From contig NIVC01003338.1 in assembly GCA_002269645.1 (NCBI GenBank), positions 33,640 through 97,639 of the forward strand: a stretch of 64,000 nt of DNA. Reading direction: 5' to 3'. Source of the stretch: Macrostomum lignano. Lineage: Eukaryota. A program made the translations under genes and the position numbers. Below the pieces are notes generated by a model, which was not told where the DNA came from, ran no database searches, and was given only the letters and a program-made list of their open reading frames with translations. This document shows, piece by piece, positions 33,901 through 46,100 of the stretch. The number at the start of each line of letters is the position of its first letter. Position 1 is the first letter of the stretch.

Positions 33901-36900
33901 AGCTGTCACTCGCCTCGTGTCGAGGCTGAATGGTGACCTTATACCTTTGGCTCAGGAGAAGGGTGGCTGGGATCGAGTCCGTGAGGATGTTGAGCCCGCC
34001 ACACTCCTCGAGAGCCTTGAGGCAGAGGTCAGAGTGCGGGATAGCGACCGCTTCTTAAAGGCCCGCACTTTCTTGAAGGCCACCCCAGCATCCAGAAGAC
34101 GCCGGGTGCTCTTCGCCGCCTCTCCTTTGATATAAATATCCAAAGGAGGGGCGCAGAGGAAGGCATTCATGCCTTCAAAAGGAGTAGAGGGTGGAGCGCC
34201 CATAGTCATGCGGCAGGCTCTGCCCTGGATTTTGTAGAGAGCGTCGAGGTTGCTCTTGACGCTCAGGCCGCTAGCCCACACGAGGCTGGCGTAACTGATC
34301 GAGGGGCGGATGATGGCAGTGTAAATCCACCACAGCTTCCTGGGGGTGAGCCCCCAGGTGGTGCCCACGGCGCGCCTGATCTGAGCCAGTACAGCCAGGG
34401 CTTTTTTGGCTTTAGTTTGAATGTGCGGAGTCCAGTTAAGCCTGTGGTCCAGAGTGAGGCCCAGGCAGCGGACCTGCTTCTCCATGGAAATATTCTTTCC
34501 ATAGAGGGTGAGGGGCTTAATGGTCCAGAGCAGTTTGTTGGTAAACATGACTGCTGTGGTTTTCGACTCTGAGAGTCTAAGGCCACATTGGTCTGCCCAA
34601 CGCTCCGCTCGTCCCAGAAAGCCCTGCAGAAGGTCTCTGATGGTATCAACCGAGGGGCCCGCGCATATCGCGGTCACATCATCGGCATAGCCCACCTTGA
34701 GAATGGGGTCGTGGAGATCACTGCAAAGCAACTCATCCATGACCATGTTCCAGAGAACGGGGGTGAGAACGCCGCCCTGGGGGCCCCCTTTCAGGACAGG
34801 CACCGAAAGAGAGCTGCCGCTCAGGTGGGCCACAACAGTGCGGTTTCGGATCATGAACATGATCCACCGGACAAGGTGAGGGTGCGTGGCCCTGGATTCC
34901 AGGGCTCTGCAAAAGGCCTCGAAGATGACGTTGTCGAAGGCCCCCTCAATGTCCAGGAAAAGCGAGAGGGCAAAGCCGCTGCCAAGAACGGCCCTCTCCA
35001 GGAAGTCAACAATGACATGGAGAGCACTCTCGGTTGACCTGCCCGCGCGGAAGGCGTGCTGGTTCTGCGAGAGTGGGAAGCGCTTCAGCTCGACCGAAAG
35101 TAGGCGCCAAAGCACCAGTCTCTCGAGGAGCTTGAGGCAGAAAGAAGTGAGGCTGATAGGCCTGAAGGCCTTCACCGATTGGTAGTCGCTCTTTCCAGGC
35201 TTGGGGATAAAGACCACCCGGGCCTCTCTCCATGCAACTGGTACATAGCCCAGCTCCACACAAGCTCGAAGGAGACGACAGAGCAGGTCCAGGAAGCGGT
35301 GGTTTTTCACCGCCTCGTGCAAGAACGCTGGGTAGATGCCGTCGGGCCCAGGCGCCTTGAACGGGTTAAAGGACCTTGCCGCTCTAATAATGCGGTCTTT
35401 GGTGATCATAGACTTTGCTAGGCCTTGCCCTCCCACTGTGTGGTCGGGCGGGCCCTGCTGAGTCGGAGATTTAGGGAAAAAACTGTTGAGCATGAGCTCT
35501 AGAGTCTCTTCCGAACTCTCTGTGACCGAGCCGTCAGGTCTCTTCACAACAGAGAGTTTAGAAAAACGGTCATTAGTGAGTGCCTTAACCACGCGGGCTA
35601 CGGGGCGAGAGCCCTCAAGCCCTTCGCAATATTGGCGCCACTTGGCCGTCTTGGCCCTTCTGACTTGGCCCTTAAACTCGTGGATCGCACGGGTATAGGC
35701 CTCTCTGTCAGATGGGTCTTTGGTTTTGAGCGCTCGCCTTTGGAGGGTCCTGGCTCGGCGCCGAAGGGCCCCGAGCTCTGGGTTCCACCAGGGAGCAGTT
35801 TTCTTGCCTTTATAGGCCTTTAGGGGGCAGGCTGCTTCAAAGGCAGTGGTGATCGCCCCGCCCAGGGAGGAGGCGAGATCGTCCACCACCTGGCAGTCAG
35901 AGAGGTCACTGGGGGGTCAAGATCCCGAAGGCCGCGGCTCAGCTTCGAGCCAAAGGCGGCCCAATCGGTGTTTCTGACGTTCCGACTCCAAGTGACCTTA
36001 GGCTTTTGCTTGGTCGGCCCAATGCAAAAGCGGATAAAGCGGTGGTCCGAGAGCGAGTCCTCGTCCCACACTCGCCAGCCCGTAACTGCGGAAAGCAGTC
36101 CGGGTGAGGCGATGGTGGTGTCGATGACTTCGGCCCACCGCCCATTATTGAACGTTGGTGCATTGCCCACGTTACAGAAGTTGAGGTTAGTGCTGCTGAC
36201 ATAGGCCAGCAGCTCCTCGCCTCTGCTATTGATGTTCTTGCTGCCCCAATGCAGGTGGTGTGCGTTCACATCCCCTGCAATGAGCAGCTCGAACCGATGG
36301 GACGCAGCATAGTCAGTAAGGTTGACTAACGCGTCGCAGACAACTGGGGCATCGCCCGGGAAATAGGCAGAAGCTACCAGCACAGGTTTATTGGGAATGA
36401 GGTTATTGATTTGAACAACACAGATGTCCCCAGTCGAGAGATCAGGTCTCATCCATGCCTCAAAAGCTTTTGCAGCAAAGACCAGAGATCTTGGGCGAGG
36501 CTGAGAGCCCGCCATGCAAAAACAGTGGTAGCCAGATGGCACATTATTTGGCTTACCTTTAGTCATCCAGGGCTCCTGTACGAAGACCAGGCCCGGAAGC
36601 TGTTGCTCTGCCGTGCGCATCAGGTTGACCGACGCCGCCACGCAGTGCTGGGTGTTGATCTGCAGACACCAGGTAGTCGTTGGCATCATTGCAGATCGGA
36701 TGTTGCAGCCGCCAGGAGTTCCTCCTCCTCCTCGGCGCTCACCGGCTTCGGGTCGGGGTCGCCGGTGTCCATGGGCTCTTCTTCAGCAAAAGGCCCCCGA
36801 TTGGCCGGAAGGCAGTAGGCAGCGTTCGCCGCCCTTTGCCCACCATCCATGGGGTCCTCCGCCTCAGATTGGCCCAATGCCCTGGAGCAGCCAGCCGCCT

Positions 36901-39900
36901 GGGCAGGCGGGTCCGTCTCCAGTCGGCCCTGCCCCGAGGGGTTGGGCCCAGCTGGGACGTCCCCACCCTCCCTGGACGAACTGGTGCGCCTAGGCGTCCC
37001 GGCGACCTCTCGCCTCAGCTGGGAGATTTTGGCGGTACGGACTGCCTCAGCTGCACGCTGGTACAGGCCGCGCCGCTTGGTGCTACGCGCCGGGCGTCGG
37101 TCGCCTCCGCCCTCAGCAGCGCGCTCAGCTTTGCCCGCGCGGCCGTGCTGCCGGGCAGGGCGGTTTGCTTTGGCAGTCTGAGCAGAGGCTTGCGCCTCGG
37201 CCCCGGCCGCCTCCGCATCCCGCCCGCCCTGCTCACTGCCACGGGGAGGGTCGGCCTCGTAGGAGCGGATGCGCAGCTTCCAAAGGCCGACGTTGATGAA
37301 GCTGCCGTGTGGATAACGCCTCATCCAGGCGTCCGACAGCCCCAGGATGGCTGTGAAGCCAGTGCCGTCGGTGCGCTTAAGGGTGTCATGCACCACTAGG
37401 CCCGCGGCGGGAAGCTCCCGGTTGACTGCTAGCAGTCCTTTCCGGAGCTCGTCAGCAGAGGTAACAACGCTCCTGGCCGGGACCCAGATTCGATGCCTCT
37501 TGGTCCGGGGGCGCTCGTCCTCTCTGCAGAAGGCTAGGTTGAGGTCCCAGCTCTGCTCGGGCAGCAGCTCAAGGAGCCGCCGACCCGAGTCAGCATCACT
37601 GGGCCAAATGAGAAGGCACGAGTCCCTCGTCGCATTCGAATGAATGTTCAGAGGCGTGCCCTTCAGAGTTTGCTTCCACAGGAGGCCATCAACGGCACTT
37701 CTCACCTGCTTCAGCTGATCGGGAGACAGGCGCGCGTCCTTTCCCAGGATGACAACCGCCGGTTGCCTCTTTGCCGCATCAGCGTAGGAGGCCCGGGGGT
37801 CAGTGGAGCTTTCTTCAGGTGGGCTGTCCACCCTCCCGGCTGCATCGGCCTCCCTATCCTGGGCAGGGGCTTCCGTGGGCTCGAGGCCCTCTTCCGCCAC
37901 CGCCCCAGACTGGGAAGCTTCCGCTGCCGCGGGCCGTTGGCCCCTGGCACCGGTTTGGCTTCCGCCCTCCTTGGCCCGCCTCGCCTTGTTAAGTCGACGG
38001 CGGGCAGCTCCAGAGGTGGTGCTGCGTTTCTTAGCAGCTGGAGTAGCAGGTGTCTTCTCGGAGGCACCGCTCAGAGTTGGCTCCACGGGTCTCGCCGAGG
38101 CGTCCCCGATGGTAGCAGGTGGTATGGCCGAGGAGTCCACGGCCCCAGCCGAGGCCGGAGGCACTGTGTCATCCACAGCCGGTTTGTTACTTCGGTTAGA
38201 AGCCATTGGCTGGAAGTAAAAAGGTGGGACTTCCTGCAGAACACAGGCAAAGAGCCGCAAGGCCGCAACCCCAAACCAAGCGGCAGGCCCCCAAAAAGCA
38301 AAATACCACCCTGCGGGGGACCCAAAAGCGCAAGGGGAACCGTTAGCGACCAGACTACTCCCTGGCCAAGCGTCCATCAGCACGGAGTTACACTGGGACA
38401 TTAGAGGGTGCGTTTATGGTCACACCAGGACCCGGCGCCAACGAATCAGCTCGGCAGGGCCCAAGGGGGCCTGCCTTAACACCCACGGGACGAGTACCCT
38501 TCGAAGTGCGCCTTGCAAGGTGAAAATCAGGAGACAGAGTCTCTTGAGCTATCAGCCCGCCAGGGGAGGCAGGTGTGAGCATCGCTGGCTGGGATAAAGG
38601 CCATACCAGTCTCATACTGCACAGATAGTTCACCACGCCATTACGTGCAGGACCCGGGGTCCTGGGGGCAACAGCCCCGGCTGGTCCTCATGCAGTCGGG
38701 TAGATGGTCCTCATGCAGTCGGGTAGATGGTCCTAAGCGCAGTCTGTGGGAGTTCAACTCAATCCTGCATCCGCCTCCCGCCAGGGCAAGTGCCAGCGCC
38801 GGGAGCCGCCATGCAAGTACCTGCACCCGCCGCAGCACCTGCGAGAACAGCTGCTGCAGAACGGCCGGCAGAACCTCATCATCAAGAACCTGCAGATGCA
38901 GATGCTGTCCCAGAGCCTCGCCGTGGGACAGTACATTCCCATCTCTGCCGGGGTGAGTTCAATACATTCCCATCTCTGCCGGGGTGAGTTCAATACATTC
39001 CCATCTCTGCCGGGGTGAGTTCAATACATTCCCATCTCTGCCGGGGTGAGTTCAGTACATTCCCATCTCTGCCGGGGTGAGTTTAGTACATTCCCATCTC
39101 TGCCGGGGTGAGTTTAGTACATTCCCATCTCTGCCGGGGTGAGTTTAGTACATTCCCATCTCTGCCGGGGTGAGTTTAGTACATTCCCATCTCTGCCGGG
39201 GTGAGTTCAGTACATTCCCTTCACTGAGCTGAGACTGGGGTGGCACTGAGCTGAGACAGGGGTGGATCCGAAGTCCCTTGACCGGTGCCCATCCCGGTAC
39301 ATTTGCCAGCGAGAGGGCATGCAGCGGCCGGGCAGTCATAAAAAAGCAAACAAGAGAATCTGGCGGCAGCAGTAGAGCTTGGAGCCGCAGCGCAGCAAGT
39401 GACAAGCGGAGCAGCAGTCGCCTCCTTGTCCCGTCCGCTGGGAATGGGGAAAATTATCCCCATTGGCATGCGTCGGGACAGTCGGTGTGGGGCCGCCTCA
39501 GTCGCCATTCAATTGTGGCGGGGGAGGCGGGCGGCCCTCTGTCAGCCGCTGTTCCCTTCTCCCTCTTTTGTCCCATGCAGACTCCCCAGCTCAGCGCGGC
39601 AGGTGGGGGCAGGAGGCTTTGACACCGCAATTTCTGCTTTTCTCGCCCTTTTTTGAGCAGCTGCAGGCTGGGGGCTCGGCGGCGGCCTGAACTCGCATCT
39701 AATGTCCTCGGAGTCGGCAGCCCCCCCCCCTGCAATTATGCTGGACCGCCGCCTCCTCTCCGGGGCTCCTCAGTCCCGCTGCCTGACAGGCTGAGTCACT
39801 CGCTGCTCAATCTGCTCAGCCCTGCAGTCCCGGGGAGACTCGAGCTTGGCTTAATAGCGCACCGGCTGAGCAGTCTCCCCCCCCCCTACCGACAACTCAA

Positions 39901-42900
39901 TTTCTCTCTGCAGCTCGGCTACCCCTGCTCGCCCTCCGTGTGTTCTCTTTGCGTCTCCGCGACTCCGCCGGCTTTCGCTGCCCTGCTTGATCTGCGTCTC
40001 TCATCTGCCCTCTCCCTCTCCTCTCTTCTCTCATCTGCCCTCTCCTCTCTTCTCTCATCTGCCCTCTCCTCTCTTCTCTCATCTGCCCTCTCCTCTCTTC
40101 TCTCATCTGCCCTCTCCTCTCTTCTCTCATCTGCCCTCTCCTCTCTTCTCTCATCTGCCCTCTCCCTCTCCTCTCTTCTCTCATCTGCCCTCTCCTCTCT
40201 TCTCTCATCTGCCCTCTCCCTCTCCTCTCTTCTCTCCTCGCCCGCTCTCCTGCTTTCCTCTTCCCACCTCTATTTCCCCGCTTTCTCGTCTTTTTCCGCT
40301 ATGAATTAAACTCAGCTTCCGCAACTCTCCACGACTTTCTGCGGCATCTCTGCTCTGTCCACCGCGCCCTGCCAAAAATTTCATGGCCGCCTTGATGGCC
40401 GCTGCAAACCTTCGCCATCCGCCATCGCTCCCAGCATCTCCCGCCATCCCCTGCCTGATCCCCCGTTGGGGCCACTTGCAATAACTCGATATTTCATACT
40501 GCAGTGGGAGAGGCGGCCCCGCAGCGGAGACTTTATCTCTCAATTCTTGAAAGCAAATTGCATTCTCCACCGCCCACTGAAGCTTCTATGGGGGGGCCGG
40601 GTGGCCGTTCCGTTTCCTGGAAAAGATACGGGAGATAAAAATATCGGCTGCAGTTTTCTGCGCTTCTCCTAGCGATCCGTCTCTCTCTTTGATCTGGTTT
40701 TGGCTGTGCCCAGGCTGAGGGACAGGCAGGGTGGGTGCTCAGGCTGAGGGAGAGGCAGGGTGGGTTCTCACGCTGAGGGACATGCAGAGTGGGTGCTCAG
40801 GCTGAGGGACAGGCAGGGTGGGTGCTCAGGCTGAGGGACAGGCAGGGTGGGTGCTCAGGCTGAGGGAGAGGCAGTGTGGGTGCTCAGGCTGAGGGACAGG
40901 CAGTGTGGGTGCTCAGGCTGAGGGACAGGCAGTGTGGGTGCTCAGGCTGAGGGACAGGCAGTGTGGGTGCTCAGGCTGAGGGACAGGCAGGGTGGGTGCT
41001 CAGGCTGAGGGACAGGCAGGGTGGGTGCTCAGGCTGAGGGAGAGGCAGGGTGGGTGCTCAGGCTGAGGGAGAGGCAGGGTGGGTTCTCACGCTGAGGTAC
41101 AGGCAGGGTGGGTGCTCAGGCTGAGGGACATGCAGGGTGGGTGCTCAGGCTGAGGTACAGGCAGGGTGGGTGCTCAGGCTGAGGTACAGGCAGGGTGGGT
41201 GCTCAGGCTGAGGGACAGGCAGGGTGGGTGCTCAGGCTGAGGTACAGGCAGGGTGGGTGCTCAGGCTGAGGGACAGGCAGGGTGGGTGCTCAGGCTGAGG
41301 TACAGGCAGGGTGGGTGCTCAGGCTGAGGGAGAGGCAGGGTGGGTGCTCAGGCTGAGGGAGAGGCAGGGTGGGTGCTCAGGCTGAGGGAGAGGCAGTGTG
41401 GGTGCTCAGGCTGAGGGAGAGGCAGGGTGGGTGCTCAGGCTGAGGTACAGGCAGGGTGGGTGCTCAGGCTGAGGGACAGGCAGGGTGGGTGCTCAGGCTG
41501 AGGGACATGCAGGGTGGGTGCTCAGGCTGAGGGACATGCAGGGTGGGTGCTCAGGCTGAGGGACATGCAGGGTGGGTGCTCAGGCTGAGGGACATGCAGG
41601 GTGGGTGCTCAGGCTGGGTGCTCAGTGACAAACAGGGAGATCGCTTCAAAGCAAGCTGGGTATTCAAACTCAGCCCTAAACTCAGCCTTAGACTCCGATG
41701 ACTTTTCTTTTTTGTTTAGCGTTGACTCAAGCTGGAGCCTCACCGCTCGAGTCCAGTGCATTTCAATGTTTGCTGTGTGCGCAGCGGGGGCAGCTCAGAT
41801 GCAAGTGGGTGGCAGGGGGCTGAGAGCTCGTGCTGAAGAAGCCGGGCTGCGCTGCTTTCATCTGAAAAGGCGAAAGCAGCAAAGATGCGTCTCTCGGAAG
41901 TGCGGCGCACAATGAGAGACAGGGGGGAGGCGGGGAGGCCCGAACCGCCTGCCGGTTTCAAAACCCGCGAAAGGAGGCGAGCGGCGGGAAGGCGCCACTC
42001 AAAGACTGAGTGAGGACTCATTTCCCAAATCTCTGCCCAGCGGTGCCTCCGCCACCTGTACTCAAACTACAAAGAACTGCCGTGCGGCTGCAGTCTCAGC
42101 TGGATGAGGATGCGCCGCGCCCGTCCCCCAGCAACTGCATTTTCCCTCCCCTCTTCTGCTCCCGGTCTCCAGGCCTCTCCGCTTTTCCCTGCTGCTTTGT
42201 CGGAGTCCCACCGCCCGCCTGTGGCTTTCTGTGTCGCTCTGCACGGCATTTCTGAAATTAGCGACTCGTAGGCTTCCCTTAAAATTCAAAATTTCCTGTC
42301 AGACCTATTTATGGAGCAAAATTATCAATGCGCATTTGCAGTTTGAGGAGTCACAAGCCAACTCACCAGCTGAGCCTCCGGATAAAGGGACAAATTGGTG
42401 GGCCCAGCTTGCGGGGGATCCGCTCCAGCTTCATCCCCACTAATTATCCCAAGTAGCTGCTAAATGCTGGCAGCTGTTTACATTTGGCAGATCATGGGGC
42501 CAGCGGAACATTGCCCAGGATAGCTGGGGTTGGGCCATAGAGAGTTGCCACCCCCAGTCTGTCAGCGGGTAGCCTTCCTCCCCAGTCTGTCAGCGGGTAG
42601 CCTTCCTCCCCAGTCTGTCAGCGGGTAGCCTTCTCCCCAGTCTGTCAGCGGGTAGCCTTCTCCCCAGTCTGTCAGCGGATAGCCTTCTCCCCAGTCTGTC
42701 AGCGGGTAGCCTTCTCCCCAGTCTGTCAGCGGGTAGCCTTCCCCCCCCAGTCTGTCAACAGGTAGCCTTCTCCCCAGTCTGTCAGCGGGTAGCCTTCCCC
42801 CCCCCCCAGTCTGTCAACAGGTAGCCTTCTCCCCAGTCTGTCAGCGGGTACACTTCTCCTCAGTCTGTCAGCGGGTACATTTCTCCCCAGTCTGTCAACA

Positions 42901-43140
42901 GGTACATTTCTCCCCAGTCTGTCAGCGGGTAGCCTTCCCCCCCAGTCTGTCAACAGGTACATTTCTCCCCAGTCTGTCAGCGGGTAGCCTTCCCCCCCAG
43001 TCTGTCAACAGGTACATTTCTCCCCAGTCTGTCAGCGGGTAGCCAAGCGGACAAACTGAATGCCAGCAAAGCCACTCATCACCATTTCGCAGCCGATTCT
43101 GAACGGCAGCCTGACGGGTCCCCTCAGCAGCTGCTACCAG

Positions 43141-43181
<41 letters not shown>

Positions 43182-46100
43182 GATGCTCGGCCTGCCAAAT
43201 CCGCTGCAATTTCTGCCGCCGCCAGACCAGCAGCAGTTGCAGCACTTGGCGCAGGTGTCCATGGGCCAGGTGTCCATGGCCAATGGTGGCATCTCGGCTG
43301 GTCAAATGAAAATCGACGGTAGAGATGTGAGTTTCACAAGAGTGCCAGCTGCTCAAAATTATTAGTCTTTAATCAGCAGATTTACCGAACTTCTGGAACT
43401 GCGTATTCCAAGCATCCAAAAGTTTTGAGGGAGTTCTCTCTTCACCCCCGTTGGGATACCTATTGACTCTATAAGATATCTAGGGGCTAAATCGGGTGTT
43501 TGGGGGCTAGATCGAGTGTCTAGGGGCTAGATCGGGTGTTTAGGGGCTAGATCGGGTGTTTAGGAGCTAGATCGAGTGTCTAGGGGCTAGATCGGGTGTC
43601 TAGGGGCTAGATCGGGTGTCTAGGGGCTAGATCGAGTGTCTAGGGGCTAGATCGAGTGTCTAGGGGCTAGATCGGGTGTCTAGGGGCTAGATCGATTGTC
43701 TAGGGGCTAGATCGAGTGTCTAGGGGCTAGATCGGGTGTCTAGGGGCTAGATCGAATGTCTAGGGGCTAGATCGGATGTCTAGGGGCTAGATCGGGTGTC
43801 TAGGGGCTAGATCGAGTGTCTAGGGGCTAGATCGAGTGTCTAGGGGCTAGATCGAGTGTCTAGGGGCTAGATCGAGTGTCTAGGGGCTAGATCGAGTGTC
43901 TAGGGGCTAGATCAAGTGTCTAGGGCTAGATACAATATCTAGAGGCTAGATATAATATCTAGTGGCTAGATAGAATATCTAAAGGCTTGAACAAACGACT
44001 ATTTGAATAAAAGCTACATTCGATACCTAGTGGCCAGAGGCACTTAAAATATCAGGCATTTGGCCTGAGCAGTGGTCGGTGACCACCAAACCGCAATTTT
44101 ATCGTGGGAGCTGAGCAGAAATGTTTTGCAATTGTTCAGCTGCACAGGCAGCAATATGCAGCAACTGCTGGGTGCCTTGATAAGTCTGGCCGACCGGTTT
44201 GCCCAATACGCCCGACGGACGCAGAAAATGAGTTGGCGGCTTGGGTGCAGGATTAGTTTGTGGGGCAGAGCAGCTCAGAGGTAAACGCGCCGCGACTCGT
44301 GGATCGATTCCCAACCCTGAGGGCCAACCCCATGAGGCACAGAGAGTGGCCAACCCCATGAGGCACAGAGAGTGGCCAACCCCATGAGGCACAGAGAGTG
44401 GCCAACCCCTTGAGGCACAGAGAGTGGCCAACCCCATGAGGCACAGAGAGTGGCCAACCCCATGAGGCACAGAGAGTGGCCAACCCCATGAGGCACAGAG
44501 AGTGGCCAACCCCTTGAGGCACAGAGAGTGGCCAACCCCATGAGGCACAGAGAGTGGCCAACCCCATGAGGCACAGAGAGTGGCCAACCCCTTGAGGCAC
44601 AGAGAGTGGCCAACCCCATGAGGCACAAAGAGTGGCCAACCCCATGAGGCACAGAGAGTGGCCAACCCCTTGAGGCACAGAGAGTGGCCAACCCCATGAG
44701 GCACAGAGAGTGGCCAACCCCTTGAGGCACAGAGAGTGGCCAACCCCTTGAGGCACAGAGAGTGGCCAACCCCATGAGGCACAGAGAGTGGCCAACCCCA
44801 TGAGGCACAGAGAGTGGCCAACCCCTTGAGGCACAGAGAGTGGCCAACCCCATGAGGCACAGAGAGTGGCCAACCCCTTGAGGCACAGAGAGTGGCCAAC
44901 CCCATGAGGCACAGAGAGTGGCCAACCCCATGAGGCACAGAGAGTGGCCAACCCCTTGAGGCACAGAGAGTGGCCAACCCCATGAGGCACAGAGAGTGGC
45001 CAACCCCATGAGGCACAGAGAGTGGCCAACCCCTTGAGGCACAGGGAGTGGCCAACCCCATGAGGCACAGAGAGTGGCCAACCCCATGAGGCACAGAGAG
45101 TGGCCAACCCCATGAGGCACAGAGAGTGGCCAACCCCTTGAGGCACAGAGAGTGGCCAACCCCATGAGGCACAGAGAGTGGCCAACCCCATGAGGCACAG
45201 AGAGTGGCCAACCCCATGAGGCACAGAGAGTGTACATGCTTGATGATTTAAAAGTCTGGGTCGCTGTACACCCTGAGTGAGCGTGCGTGCCACATCACTG
45301 TATGCTGCTCTCCAGCTGCCCCGTGCAGAGGGCAGCCACGCAGTTCCCTGAATTGCGATGCGCATCTTGAGCAAGAATTGCCAACTCAAGCAGCTGTGAC
45401 CGGACCCGGGGCTGGGGGTTCTTTGCATAAATACGGGCGGCTACGCTAGCATTTATTGCTGGGGAAGGCGGTGCAGCTGCATCGGGTTCGGCTCCCCTGC
45501 CTACCGCTGCGGGCCATCCATTATCAGCCTCTGCTCAGCCCGGACGGCCATCTGGCCTGCAGTTCACGCTGCACTCCATCGCCTGCCACCGCCTCTGCGC
45601 GACTCCCCTCCCACAGTTGCAATCCTTCCTTATCTCACTTCCCATCTCACCGACTCAGCCTCCGCCATCACTTCCCATCTCACCGACTCAGCCTCCACCC
45701 TCACTTCCCATCTCACCGACTCAGCCTCCGCCCTCACTTCCCATCTCACCGACTCAGCCTCCGTCCTCCCTTCCCATCTCACCGACTCAGCCTCCGTCCT
45801 CCCTTCCCATCTCACCGACTCAGCCTCCGCCCTCACTTCCCATCTCACCGACTCAGCCTCCGTCCTCACTTCCCATCTCACCGACTCAGCCTCCGCCATC
45901 ACTTCCCATCTCACCGACTCAGCCTCCGCCATCACTTCCCATCTCACCGACTCAGCCTCCGCCCTCACTTCCCATCTCACCGACTCAGCCTCCGCCCTCA
46001 ATTCCCATCTCAAAGTCCCAACTCCCAAGACACATACATATACAATGTGAGTTGTCGGTAAGCAGACCGCTCAGCTAATATTGATGTACAGCGGCTCCAA

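Larger units (their letters stand above)
32872..38681 (-). mobile_element. Full-length non-LTR retrotransposon (LOA/R1-group-like, APE-RT-RNase H), 5.8 kb, antisense in muscleblind intron 1
   Basis: 12-bp TSD tggtcctcatgc at 32860-32871 and 38682-38693. 3' tail (TAAGTCAAG)2. ORF1 plus ORF2 with endonuclease, RT and RNase H. The clade call is based on domain architecture only. Confidence 0.92.

Noticed and set aside
33236-38404. Plus-strand and alternative-frame ORFs overlapping the LINE
   Set aside because: They are GC-rich shadow ORFs of the retrotransposon with no recognisable motifs.
38581-38681. Second ribozyme (hammerhead or HDV) in the first 101 nt of the LINE
   Set aside because: Only simple hairpins were found (GGGGC/GCCCC, CAGGACCC/GGGTCCTG). 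No CUGANGA..GAAA core or HDV L3/P1 pairing was seen by eye.
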